Program-made: the position numbers and the translations under genes
Part shown: piece after piece, positions 8,756 through 18,477 of the stretch
Layout: each line of letters starts with the position of its first letter
Position numbering within the stretch: position 1 is the stretch's first letter
The notes under the pieces: model-generated
Seen by the model: only the letters and a program-made list of their open reading frames with translations
Databases searched by the model: none
What the model was told of the DNA's origin: nothing
NCBI GenBank assembly: GCA_965222115.1
Contig: CBDCTJ010000007.1
Span: forward strand, 1,760,001 to 1,824,000
DNA length: 64,000 bases
Origin: Planctomycetota bacterium
GTDB lineage: Bacteria > Planctomycetota > PLA2 > JAEUHO01
Direction: 5' to 3'

Positions 8756-11026
8756 GTGATTCCAGACGTGGTTATCGATCAAGTGCGCGACGCACACGAC
8801 ATTGTCGAGATCGTATCCCGATTCACCCCGCTCAAGCGAATGGGGTCCGCGTACAAAGCGCTTTGTCCCATGCAGGGGCACGACGAGAAGACGCCGTCGT
8901 TCACGGTCAATCCGGGACGGCAAATCTATAAGTGCTTCGGATGCGGCCGTGGCGGCAACGTCTTCAGATTTCTCATGGAGATGCAGGGTCTCACCTTTGT
9001 TGAGGCAGTACGCGCGTTGGCCGAAGAGCGCGGCATTTCGCTTCCGAGCACCTCCGGAATCAAGGGTCCACCGCCCAACCGAAAGCGAAAGACGTTGCGC
9101 GCTCTATCATTGGCTCAGCGCTACTTTCACGCGTGCCTCCTGCGTGATGGCGAAGGCGATGTCGCGCGCGCTTACCTGACGAAGCGCGGCTACGACCTGT
9201 CGGCCATTCGGCAATTTGGCTTGGGCTACGCACCTGCATCGCGCCACGGGCTGATTGATGCACTTAGGAAACGTAGCGTAGACGAGCAAACGTTGTCAGA
9301 CGCCGGACTCATTTACGCGCGCGAAGGTGCCAAACCCGCTGCCGATCGTTTTGTACACCGTGTCATGTTTCCCGTTACGAACTTGCAAGGCCAAGTCGTT
9401 ACGTTTGGAGGCCGCGCGCTCAATCCCGAAGAACGCGCCAAGTACCTCAACGGTCCAGAGACATTCGTCTTTCATAAGTCGCAAACACTCTATGCACTTG
9501 ATCGTGCGCAAGGTCCGATTCGCAAGCGTGGTGAAGCGCTCATCATGGAAGGCTACACCGATGTGCTGATGTGCCACATGCATGGCTTTGATCATGCGGT
9601 GGCGGGCATGGGCACGGCGTTTACCGCTCAGCAGGCGCGGCTAATCAACCGTTTCGCGTCGCGTGCCCTGTTGCTCTACGACGCGGATGACGCTGGACAA
9701 AAGGCCGCCGAGCGCGCCGTGGAGATCCTTTTGGAGGCAGGCCTGGAAGTGCGTGTCGTTGTCTTGCCTGAGGGGCGCGACGTGGACGAGATCTTGCTCG
9801 AAGACGGGAGTGATGCGCTCGACAGGATCCTCGGCGGGGCGCTCAACCTCTTTGATTACAAGATCGTGAGGTTGGGCCGTGAACATGATTTGCGAACGCC
9901 GCGCGGTCGTGCGGCCGTTGTGGAGGCGCTTGCGCCCACCATTGTCCGGGTGCGCAGCCCGGTGGAGCGCGAACAGCTCATTCGCCACGTCGCCGAACGA
10001 ATCGGCGGGGATCGGGAGCAGGTCACGACCGAGCGACTCCTGCGAGCCGAGGCGGCGCGCGTCGTTCAGTCTGAGCAGCGCATTGCCCGTCGCCGATCGC
10101 GCCGTTCTGCCCCACGTGCTGCGCGATCGTCTGCGAACGACGCGACTCAAGTGCTCAGCGACGAGGAGCGCACGCGTCGCGAGAGCCGTTCGCGCGATGA
10201 ACTCGATCTGTTGGGCGGTTGCTTTGTGTCGCGGGAACTGCTTGATGCGGTGGCGCGCGCCATGGGCCCCGAGGACTTTGTGCACCTCGCCCATCGCCGT
10301 GCCTACGAGGGGGTCTTGGCCGAGCTCGATGCGGGTCGTGTGGAATCGGGACAGCCCATGGAACTTCATCGCCTCTTGAAGCGTTTTATGGGGGATCCCG
10401 AGGTTTTGAACGTGCTGACAGCCCTGCCAGATGATGCTGCTCTCGACGAGCGTGTGACGTTTCAGATCGAGTTTGTCGAGAAAGATCGTCTCCGAAAGAA
10501 CCGCTTTGCGCGCCTCAAAGCCCGGTTGCGGGAGGGCGCGGAGGCGCCCGCGAATCCACCTCAGACGCTGCCTGCCTCGTCCGTTACGAACGCCATGACA
10601 GGAGCGAGCGGTGAGGGATCCGATCCGACGATGCGGCTCGAATCGCCGCTCGAGTCGCCGCAGAAAACAACAGAAATCTCAAAACGGGTCGTGGCGAATG
10701 ATGCGCAACCCTCGGCGGGGTGCGATCCTCTCGACACTGTACAATTGGATATTCAGGTGGAGTTTGACGAAGAAGGGTGTCCCGTGCTCGACGGCCCACC
10801 GGATGACGCAGAGGCGTACATCGCGGGTGTTGGCGACGAACAATGGATTACCCAAGAGGCATCGTCGACTTCATCGCGTTCATCGTCTGGTTCCGGCACT
10901 TTAACAAGCGGCACATCAGCAAGCAATACGAGTACATCAGACGATGTCTCCCTTGTTGTGGATGCTGACGCTCGTTCTTCCTCGTCAAGCGACCCGTCGT
11001 CCGATGCGAATGAGTCCAACGAGTGA
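8756..11026 (+). CDS. dnaG: DNA primase with a long acidic/Ser-rich C-terminal extension
   Basis: Zn finger 'CPMQGHDEKTPSF...CFGC', 'FGGR', 'KYLNGPET', TOPRIM 'EGYTD', 'YDADDAG'. Confidence 0.97.
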   Translation: MIPDVVIDQVRDAHDIVEIVSRFTPLKRMGSAYKALCPMQGHDEKTPSFTVNPGRQIYKCFGCGRGGNVFRFLMEMQGLTFVEAVRALAEERGISLPSTSGIKGPPPNRKRKTLRALSLAQRYFHACLLRDGEGDVARAYLTKRGYDLSAIRQFGLGYAPASRHGLIDALRKRSVDEQTLSDAGLIYAREGAKPAADRFVHRVMFPVTNLQGQVVTFGGRALNPEERAKYLNGPETFVFHKSQTLYALDRAQGPIRKRGEALIMEGYTDVLMCHMHGFDHAVAGMGTAFTAQQARLINRFASRALLLYDADDAGQKAAERAVEILLEAGLEVRVVVLPEGRDVDEILLEDGSDALDRILGGALNLFDYKIVRLGREHDLRTPRGRAAVVEALAPTIVRVRSPVEREQLIRHVAERIGGDREQVTTERLLRAEAARVVQSEQRIARRRSRRSAPRAARSSANDATQVLSDEERTRRESRSRDELDLLGGCFVSRELLDAVARAMGPEDFVHLAHRRAYEGVLAELDAGRVESGQPMELHRLLKRFMGDPEVLNVLTALPDDAALDERVTFQIEFVEKDRLRKNRFARLKARLREGAEAPANPPQTLPASSVTNAMTGASGEGSDPTMRLESPLESPQKTTEISKRVVANDAQPSAGCDPLDTVQLDIQVEFDEEGCPVLDGPPDDAEAYIAGVGDEQWITQEASSTSSRSSSGSGTLTSGTSASNTSTSDDVSLVVDADARSSSSSDPSSDANESNE

Positions 11027-11164
11027 GGCATGTGAAACAGATTGTGGGCAATTGACGATGCGTCGGTGCATTCGTTTTGTGATGGCCGTGCGGTGAGCCA
11101 GGCCGCCATGTGCATCGTCACAAGACAAGAAGCCGTGTTTTCGTAGGTATGGAGTTGCGCGCGT

Positions 11165-12904
11165 ATGACCCGCAGAGTTGACCCCTTCGTTCCTCCGAAT
11201 CCGCTTGATGAAACGGAACCGGAAATCAAGGCGCTCATTGCCACCGGCAAGAAGCGCGGCTACCTCACGTACGAAGAGCTGAATACGGCCGAGCCCGAGC
11301 AAGCACCGTGTCCCGCCATGATGGACCGCATATTGCAAACGCTCGACCTGCACGTCATGACCGTCATGGACGGTGACGACGCACGCAAGATGGAGCGCGA
11401 TGCGGCGATCGCCCGTGGCGAACCTGTGGGTCCAGAACCGCATCGTCCCGGTCATGCGCCCGCGCCCAACGTCAACTTGAGCGGGTTGCGTGGCAGCAAT
11501 GGCCAGCGACTCAATCTCACGGTCACCACAGAAAAGATCGACGACCCCGTACGCATGTACCTCACGCAAATGGGCGAAATTCCGCTGCTCACGCGCGATG
11601 AAGAAATCAGTCTTAGTAAGAAGATCGAGATTACACGTAAGCGCTACCGTCACACGGTGTTGCAGGGCGGCGCCGGCATTGCGGCGGCGATTCGCATCCT
11701 GCGTGAAGTGGCTCGAGGCGATCAGGCCTTTGACCGTACCTTGCGCATTGGGACGGCCGATCCCGTAGACAAGGACGATCTCCAGCGTCGAATGCCTATG
11801 AACCTGCGCTCGCTTGAAAAGATGCTCAAGATCATGCGCGACGAGTTCACGCAAATCCAAGATCCCGAGATGGCGGTCCGCACGCGCGAGCGCATCGAGG
11901 CCAAGCTCCACCTACGCAGCCTCAAGGCTTTGAAGATGTTGGAAGAAGTGGCCATCCAAACCAAGAAGATCCGCCCCGTGCATGAGGAATGCTACGACTT
12001 GGCGGAAGAAGTTCGCGAGAATCGCCGGCGCATGCGCGACCTCAAGCGCCGTGGCGACTCCGAGGAAGAAATCAAAGAAGCCGGCGAGCGCCTCGACGAG
12101 ATCGCCATCCACACGTTGGAGTCCAACGACGACTTCCTCAAGCGCTGCGACGAGATCAAGCACCGTTTTGCTGAGTACGAAGAGGCCAAGAGAAAGCTAT
12201 CGAGCGGCAACTTGCGCCTTGTCGTATCGATCGCGAAAAAATATCGAAATCGCGGCCTGACTTTTCTCGATCTGATTCAGGAAGGCAACACCGGCCTCAT
12301 GAAGGCCGTTGAAAAGTACGAGTACCGCCGCGGCTACAAGTTCAGCACCTACGCCACGTGGTGGATTCGTCAGGCCATTACGCGTTCCATTGCCGATCAG
12401 GCGCGCACCATTCGCATTCCGGTGCACATGATCGAGACCATGTCCAAGATTCGCAATGTCACCAAGCGCTTGCTGCAGAAGCTCGGCCGCGAGCCCACCA
12501 TCGACGAGATCGCCACGTCGAGCGGCATCAGCGTGGAAGAGACCAAGCGGGTGATGAAGATCTCCAAGCACCCCATCAGCCTCGACCGTCCTATCGGCGA
12601 CTCCGAAGACAGCTACTTCGGTGATTTCATCGAGGACGAGCAGGCCGAGAGCCCGGTCAGCGCTGCCACTCACGAAATGCTGAAGGACAAGATCGACCAA
12701 GTCCTCCAGACGCTCACCTTCCGCGAGCGCGAGATTATCAAGCTTCGTTACGGCATCGGCGACGGCTACACCTACACCCTTGAAGAAGTCGGCAAGATTT
12801 TCAAAGTCACGCGCGAACGCGTCCGCCAAATCGAGGCCAAGGCCGTCCGCAAACTCCAGCACCCGGTGCGCGCTCGCAAACTGGAAGGGTTCTTGGAGAC
12901 GTAG
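11165..12904 (+). CDS. rpoD: Primary sigma factor
   Basis: '[13 protein letters not shown]', 'DDPVRMYL', '[12 protein letters not shown]', 'DLIQEGN', '[10 protein letters not shown]', 'TRERVRQIE'. Confidence 0.98.
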   Translation: MTRRVDPFVPPNPLDETEPEIKALIATGKKRGYLTYEELNTAEPEQAPCPAMMDRILQTLDLHVMTVMDGDDARKMERDAAIARGEPVGPEPHRPGHAPAPNVNLSGLRGSNGQRLNLTVTTEKIDDPVRMYLTQMGEIPLLTRDEEISLSKKIEITRKRYRHTVLQGGAGIAAAIRILREVARGDQAFDRTLRIGTADPVDKDDLQRRMPMNLRSLEKMLKIMRDEFTQIQDPEMAVRTRERIEAKLHLRSLKALKMLEEVAIQTKKIRPVHEECYDLAEEVRENRRRMRDLKRRGDSEEEIKEAGERLDEIAIHTLESNDDFLKRCDEIKHRFAEYEEAKRKLSSGNLRLVVSIAKKYRNRGLTFLDLIQEGNTGLMKAVEKYEYRRGYKFSTYATWWIRQAITRSIADQARTIRIPVHMIETMSKIRNVTKRLLQKLGREPTIDEIATSSGISVEETKRVMKISKHPISLDRPIGDSEDSYFGDFIEDEQAESPVSAATHEMLKDKIDQVLQTLTFREREIIKLRYGIGDGYTYTLEEVGKIFKVTRERVRQIEAKAVRKLQHPVRARKLEGFLET

Positions 12905-13083
12905 TTCAGTCATGGCGCCGGTGCACTGGCGTCGGTGCATCGGCGGCCGTGTCTTGTTCGAGTTGTGACGCTGCGAAAGGGCAGTCCGGGCGACCCGTGT
13001 GATTTCCCCCGCGCCATCCTTTGGTGTCGGGAGGCGTGCTGCTATTCATGGCGGGCTATGAGGTGTCCCGAGGTACCAACCGC

Positions 13084-13794
13084 ATGACAGCCGCCGCCGA
13101 CGAGGTCCTTCAACAGTTGATTGCCCTCGACGGGCTCGACGCCAGAATCTTGCGCCTCGACAAGCAACTCCAGCGCGCTCCCGGCAAACTAGCGGAACGC
13201 GAGAAGGCCGTGGTGGCCATCGACGCCAAGATCAAACTGCTCTCCGACAAGACGCAGGTGATTCGTACGCAGATTCGAATCAAAGAGAATGAGTACAAGA
13301 GCGTCGAAGAGAAGATCGAACGTATGAAGGAGCAATCCTCCGAACTCCGCAACAACAAAGAGTTCGTAGCGTTCAAGGCCGATCTATCCAACGCGCAGGC
13401 CGAATGTGATCGGTTGCTGCGCGAAGTCGACAAAATGCAAGACGTGGTCAATCTCGCCGATCAGAAGGTGAGTACGCTCACGGGGCAACGCGACGAAGAG
13501 GCGCTCAAGGTGGAGATGTTGCGGCAACAGACCCAGGAGAAACTGACTTCCGTACGAGACGAGAAGGAAGATCTGCTCGCTAAGCGCCCAGAGTTGCTCA
13601 AAGCCGTGCCCCACGAACCGCGCGCCCAGTACGAACGTGTGCGAATAGCGCGCGGGCGCGCGCTATCGGCATTGGAGGGCAACTACTGCTCGGCCTGCGG
13701 CGAAGTCCAGACGCGAAATGACGTCTACGCGGTGCAGAACCGTACGCGGCTGGTTCCCTGCAAGACGTGCAATCGCATCCTCTTTGTTGGATAA
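13084..13794 (+). CDS. Coiled-coil protein with C4 zinc ribbon (CT398/HP0958-like)
   Basis: Long coiled coil, C-terminal 'CSACG...CKTCNRIL'; usual position after rpoD. Confidence 0.88.
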   Translation: MTAAADEVLQQLIALDGLDARILRLDKQLQRAPGKLAEREKAVVAIDAKIKLLSDKTQVIRTQIRIKENEYKSVEEKIERMKEQSSELRNNKEFVAFKADLSNAQAECDRLLREVDKMQDVVNLADQKVSTLTGQRDEEALKVEMLRQQTQEKLTSVRDEKEDLLAKRPELLKAVPHEPRAQYERVRIARGRALSALEGNYCSACGEVQTRNDVYAVQNRTRLVPCKTCNRILFVG

Positions 13795-13881
13795 CGGCTT
13801 TGTCGGATAGAGGCTCCGGTGGTCGGGGGCATGAGGTAGGTGGGGCGTCGTTCGACATTGATCGTGATACAACGATAGGCC

Positions 13882-14466
13882 ATGAATCGCATCTGGATCA
13901 TGGGCACCACGGGCGCTGGAAAAACCACGTTGGGACGCACGCTAGGCGAGGTGCTCGACGCACCCTTCTATGACATGGACGAACTCTACTGGCGTCCCGG
14001 TTGGACGAACGCCACCGACGAAGAGGTGAACGAGCAACTGGATCGAATCGTCGCGTCGCCCACATGGGTCATTGCAGGCAACTACCGTCGCTTCCGCCGA
14101 CTGCGCATGCATCTTGTTGATCTTCCTGTGTGGCTCGATCTGCCATTCCACACGACCTATCGTCGTTTGCTGGGGCGCACGTGGCGCCGAGCTGTTCAAG
14201 GTGAACTGTGTTGCAATGGAAACTACGAGTCGATTCGCCGCACGCTTCTTAGCCCCGAGTCGATCCTCTGGTGGGGGGCCAAGACGTATCGCCCCCTTCG
14301 CCGTGCGCTTCACGACGAACAGTGGCCTGAGCCCTATGCGCGTCTGCGAACACCTCGCGACGTTGAACGATTCGTCCAATGCATACGCATGCGTGCCAGG
14401 CACAGCGACGTACGCCATCGGTGTGCCTGGCACCGAGGTGTATGGAAAAGTGACGAGGGGCCGTAA
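13882..14466 (+). CDS. Adenylate-kinase-like P-loop protein (FlaR/topology-modulation family)
   Basis: 'RIWIMGTTGAGKTT', 'DELYWRPGW', 'WVIAGNY', 'VWLDLP'. Confidence 0.85.
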   Translation: MNRIWIMGTTGAGKTTLGRTLGEVLDAPFYDMDELYWRPGWTNATDEEVNEQLDRIVASPTWVIAGNYRRFRRLRMHLVDLPVWLDLPFHTTYRRLLGRTWRRAVQGELCCNGNYESIRRTLLSPESILWWGAKTYRPLRRALHDEQWPEPYARLRTPRDVERFVQCIRMRARHSDVRHRCAWHRGVWKSDEGP

Positions 14467-14844
14467 GCCGGGTTCTGTCCCAACAAGTGGGGATGACCAT
14501 CGATCTCGGACCGCCGTCTCCGACGGCCTCTAGCAACCTACCCGGAAGTACTGGCGGCGCGGGTCACGCCGCGTTCCTCGAAGGGAACTCCTTCACTCTC
14601 GGTTTCGCTCCTGGAGGGGTTTGTCGCGCCGGAGACGTCGCCGCTTCCGCGGTGGGCTCTTACCCCACCTTTCCACCCTTACCTGTGCTCATCCGAAGAC
14701 AAGCCATCGGCGGTTTAAGTTTCTATGACACTTTCCCTAGCTCGCGCTTGTGGGAGTTACCCACAATCCACGCCCTGTGGAGCCCGGACTTTCCTCGGCG
14801 CCCATGCAAGCACAGGCGACGCGGTCATCTAGGCCCGCTCGTCA
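14451..14844 (-). ncRNA. rnpB: RNase P RNA (type A)
   Basis: Minus strand carries 'GAGGAAAGTCCGGGCTC', 'GGGTAAGAGCCCACC' and the 3' 'ACAGAACCCGGCTTAC'. P1 ends GACGAGCGGGCC/GGCCCCTCGTC pair. Confidence 0.96.
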
Positions 14845-14907
14845 CCATGCAGCATAGTGCCCGTGGTGGGTCTGCAGTCATTCCCTCTGAGTGGTTGGAA
14901 GATGGGG

Positions 14908-15882
14908 CTACGAACCGCGGCGCGGTCTCGCACTTCCGGGCTTCCACTTGCGCGCCTTCTTGTTGTCGTTCCACCAGCGACGCCAGTCGCGCGGATCCGA
15001 TAGGTTCTGGCCCGTGAGTTCCTGCAGCGTGAACCGCAAGGTCTTGCCGTAGACCTTGTAGCGCTCGGTTGCCTGCGCGCGCGCAATGCGATCCTCTGGG
15101 CGGACCGACATCATGAGGTTGCGTGTGCTTGCGTAGAGATTGAGCAGCCGAAGCACCGCCTCCTTCTTGTGCTTGACCGGGACCGAGCGATAGGCCGCCA
15201 ATGCTTGGGCCGCTTCCGCCACTACGTCCGCCGGTTCGTCGCTGCGAATGAGCTCGGCGAGGGGTTCGATGGCGCTCGGATGATCAACGACCGCGAGTAC
15301 ATGAGCGAAACGCATGCGGGCATCGTTGTCTCGTCGGTAGCGCTTGTCGTCTAGCAGCTTAGTCAGAATCTTGACCATCGATTTGTCGCGATACTGTTCG
15401 ACCAGCGCAAAGGCCTTGTTGCGAACACCTTCATCGAGGATGGGCGCCGCGCGCAAGGCGGCGAGACCTGCCTCCGTGCCACGCAAAGAGGCCAGGGCAT
15501 CGAGGATCTTGTGAACCTCGTCGAGCTTCTTCTTGACGTGGGGGCTGCGCGCAAGTTTGCCGAGTCGGATGCGAAGATTCTTGATCGATCGCAGCCGGGC
15601 GGCGTCCATGCCTTGCTTGACGGTGTCCTTAACTTTCTTTTCAGAGACGCCGCCGTCTTCGTCTTCGGTCTCCGCCGCGGTGTCTTTTTCGAGTGCCTCG
15701 CCCTTTGCGGGTGCCTCGACGGCTGGTTCATCGGCCTTGGCGAAAGACGGGGCCACCCAGGCTGCAGTCAATGAGATCAGTCCGATGCCGAGTGCAAATC
15801 TCAGTGATTTGACGCTCAGCCGCGGCCACATGGGGACACTAGTAGGAAAGTCGCGCTGGGGGTCGGGCAGATGCTTGCTCAT
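14908..15882 (-). CDS. Exported HEAT-repeat protein
   Basis: Signal-like segment; HEAT helices; C-terminal 'LQELTGQNL...WRRWW'. Confidence 0.8.
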   Translation of the reverse strand: MSKHLPDPQRDFPTSVPMWPRLSVKSLRFALGIGLISLTAAWVAPSFAKADEPAVEAPAKGEALEKDTAAETEDEDGGVSEKKVKDTVKQGMDAARLRSIKNLRIRLGKLARSPHVKKKLDEVHKILDALASLRGTEAGLAALRAAPILDEGVRNKAFALVEQYRDKSMVKILTKLLDDKRYRRDNDARMRFAHVLAVVDHPSAIEPLAELIRSDEPADVVAEAAQALAAYRSVPVKHKKEAVLRLLNLYASTRNLMMSVRPEDRIARAQATERYKVYGKTLRFTLQELTGQNLSDPRDWRRWWNDNKKARKWKPGSARPRRGS

Positions 15883-15963
15883 GGAACCTCCTGCATCCTA
15901 ACGTTTCCTGTCGGGGCTTGCAGAGACCACCCGCAGTCCGCACTCAAATCGCACCGGAGGCCT

Positions 15964-17166
15964 ATGACAGCCGCCATCGACGCCCTAACACAACTACGCA
16001 GCGAGTTTCCCACGCTCGAATCGTCCACCTATCTCATTAGCAACTCGCTCGGCGCCATGCCGCGCGGCGCCCGACGCGATCTCGAGTCGTACGCCGACAT
16101 ATGGACCTCTCGTGGCGTGCGCGCGTGGGCCGAACGTTGGTGGGCACTTTCGGGTGAGGTTGGGGACACCATCGGCCAGCTCTTTCATGCCGAGCCCGGC
16201 ACGGTGTCGATGCATCAGAATGTAACCATCGCGCAGGCGATTCTCATTTCATGTTTCGACTGGAGCGGGAAACGCAACAAGGTCGTTTATACGAGCATGC
16301 AATTTCCGTCGATTGCCTACGTCTACGATCGACTCGCTAAGCCACTTGGCGCTGAGATTCACGTCGTGGATTCTCCCGATGGTATTGGTGTGCCCACGGA
16401 AGCCGTACTTGACGCCGTCGACGAAAACACATTGCTTGTGCCGATTAGTCACGTGCTATTTCGAAGCGCCTACATTCAAGACGCCAAAGCGATTTGCGAG
16501 AAAGCCGAACGCGTGGGTGCCCACGTTGTTCTCGATGCCTATCAGTCGATAGGTACGGTACCAACCGACGTGCGAGATCTTCGTTGTTCGTTCCTGGTGG
16601 GGGGCGTGCTCAAGTGGCTTTGCGGAGGGCCAGGCGGGGCCTACCTCTATGTGCGACCGGATCTTCGCGACACGCTTGAACCTAACTTCACTGGTTGGAT
16701 GGCACACCCACGGCCGTTCGCTTTTGAAGCAGCACCCATTGAATACACGGAAGGTGCGTATCGCTTCCTAAATGGAACGCCAAATGTGCCTGGCTTGTAT
16801 GCGGCACAGGCCGGCCCGAAGCTTGTGTCGCAAGCGGGCTTGGATGCGATTCGCGAGAAGAGCATGATTCAGACAGCCCACTTGGTAGAGCGCGCCGACG
16901 AGAAAGGCTGGCGTGTGACGGCGCCTCGCGATCCAGCGCGCCGAGGCGGTACGGTGGCTGTAGACGTTCCACACGCCGCCGCCGTGAAGCTCGAATTGCT
17001 GGAGCGCGATGTGGTCGTTGACTATCGACCCGGCGCGGGTATTCGCATTTCGCCCCACTTCTACAACACTATGGACGAGTGCGATCACGCGATCGATCAA
17101 ATCGACGACATTCTCGCGACCGGCGCTTGGAAGCGTCACGCCGACGCTGCGCCCACGGTTACGTAG
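15964..17166 (+). CDS. kynU: Kynureninase-like PLP-dependent class V enzyme
   Basis: 'YLISNSLGAMP', 'LDAYQS', 'GGVLKWLCGGPG', 'RISPHFYN'; RBS GGAGG; adjacent to kynB. Confidence 0.85.
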   Translation: MTAAIDALTQLRSEFPTLESSTYLISNSLGAMPRGARRDLESYADIWTSRGVRAWAERWWALSGEVGDTIGQLFHAEPGTVSMHQNVTIAQAILISCFDWSGKRNKVVYTSMQFPSIAYVYDRLAKPLGAEIHVVDSPDGIGVPTEAVLDAVDENTLLVPISHVLFRSAYIQDAKAICEKAERVGAHVVLDAYQSIGTVPTDVRDLRCSFLVGGVLKWLCGGPGGAYLYVRPDLRDTLEPNFTGWMAHPRPFAFEAAPIEYTEGAYRFLNGTPNVPGLYAAQAGPKLVSQAGLDAIREKSMIQTAHLVERADEKGWRVTAPRDPARRGGTVAVDVPHAAAVKLELLERDVVVDYRPGAGIRISPHFYNTMDECDHAIDQIDDILATGAWKRHADAAPTVT

Positions 17167-17170
17167 CCGC

Positions 17171-17809
17171 ATGAAAATTCACGACATATCACGCACACTA
17201 CGATCGACCATTGGCGTTTGGCCAGGGGATACACCATTTTCATTTGACTTTGTAGCGCGTATCGCCGAAGGGTCGTCGGTCAATGTCGGTCAAATCAAGA
17301 TGAGCGTTCATACTGGTGCACACATTGATGCGCCGCTGCACTTTGAAGACGGAGCGCCCGACGCGGCGTCCGTTCCCCTCGCCAACTACTACGGACCCTG
17401 CGTAGTACTCGATGCGCGACCGAGTGATCGTGGCATCTTGCCCGAGCATCTTAGTGACCATACTGAGGCGACCATTCGCAGCGCTCGTCGCGTGCTCATC
17501 CGCTCGTACGCCAAGCGGCCCCCGGGTTTCGATGAACACATGGCTCACGCCACGCCCGAACTTGCCGATTGGCTTGCGTCTTTGGGCGTAGTGCTTCTCG
17601 GCGTCGACTCCGACTCGATGGATGCCTTTGAGAGCAAAGAGCTGCCCGCGCATCATCAATTGCATCATCACGGTATTGCGATTCTTGAAGGTGTGGACTT
17701 GTCGAGGGTTTCACCGGGTACGTACACACTTTGCGCGTTGCCGCTCAAGATTGAAGGCGCAGATGGAAGTCCGGTTCGCGCCGTACTTATTGAAGACGCA
17801 CCGAATTAA
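17171..17809 (+). CDS. kynB: Kynurenine formamidase (cyclase family)
   Basis: 'WPGDTPF', 'HTGAHIDAPLH', 'AILEG', 'DGSPVRAVL'. Confidence 0.9.
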   Translation: MKIHDISRTLRSTIGVWPGDTPFSFDFVARIAEGSSVNVGQIKMSVHTGAHIDAPLHFEDGAPDAASVPLANYYGPCVVLDARPSDRGILPEHLSDHTEATIRSARRVLIRSYAKRPPGFDEHMAHATPELADWLASLGVVLLGVDSDSMDAFESKELPAHHQLHHHGIAILEGVDLSRVSPGTYTLCALPLKIEGADGSPVRAVLIEDAPN

Positions 17810-17833
17810 CGGCACGTAAGTAGGGACGAGATC

Positions 17834-18430
17834 ATGACATCGATAATCTGGATCGAAGAACTTCAAGCAGCAAAGGCTGCATCCAAAGAGTCTGGCAAGT
17901 TGTTGCTCACCTATGTCTATTCGCCGGGATGACTCGGCTGCAAACAGATGGGTGCCGTGACGTACCCCGATGCCGATGTCGCGAACGCGCTTGCCGAACA
18001 CTTCGTGCTCTACAAGATCAACATGATGGAACGCCATCCCGACTTCAAAGAAGCGTGCGCGGGTGCAAAGGTCATGTGGGGCCCTACGATCATAGTGGCC
18101 GACGCGCGTGGAAACGAAGTGCGACGTTGGACGGGTTGGCTCGATCCCAAGGCCTTCGTCGCCGAGCTTGACTTGACACGCGCCCTCGCGCTGCATCACA
18201 GCGCAAAGTTTCAAGAAGCGCTCGAGGGTTTTACCGCACTTGTTGAAGGGGACACATCCACGTCGCTCATGCCGGAAGCGCTCTATTGGCAGGGCATCTC
18301 GGGATTCATGGCGGGTAAAATGGACTGGGATGCGCTGGGGAACGCTTGGCGCGCCGTGGCGAAGACATATCCCGGTACACGCTTCGGTATGCATGCATCG
18401 GTCATTAACCAGGCGCCAAACGCAGGCTAA
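17834..18430 (+). CDS. Thioredoxin-fold selenoprotein (UxxC) with C-terminal TPR; in-frame TGA at 17930 read as Sec
   Basis: MTSIIWIEELQAAKAASKESGKLLLTYVYSPG-U-LGCKQMGAVTYPD continues in frame into ORF 17948-18430. This is a typical Trx-like N-terminus with U in the CxxC position. Confidence 0.88.
17950..17967 (+). promoter_or_regulatory. Candidate bacterial SECIS hairpin
   Basis: GGGTGC-cgtgac-GTACCC stem-loop starting about 17 nt after the UGA, with G in the apical loop. Confidence 0.5.
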
Positions 18431-18477
18431 GTCCTGGACACACGCTGTCGTGACGGCGCGCTAAGATTCTCGGTTCG

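Noticed and set aside
10985-12940. Long minus-strand ORFs (308 aa and 247 aa)
   Set aside because: Antisense shadows of the strongly codon-biased rpoD.
14487-15017. 176-aa ORF
   Set aside because: Antisense to RNase P RNA; no protein-like features.
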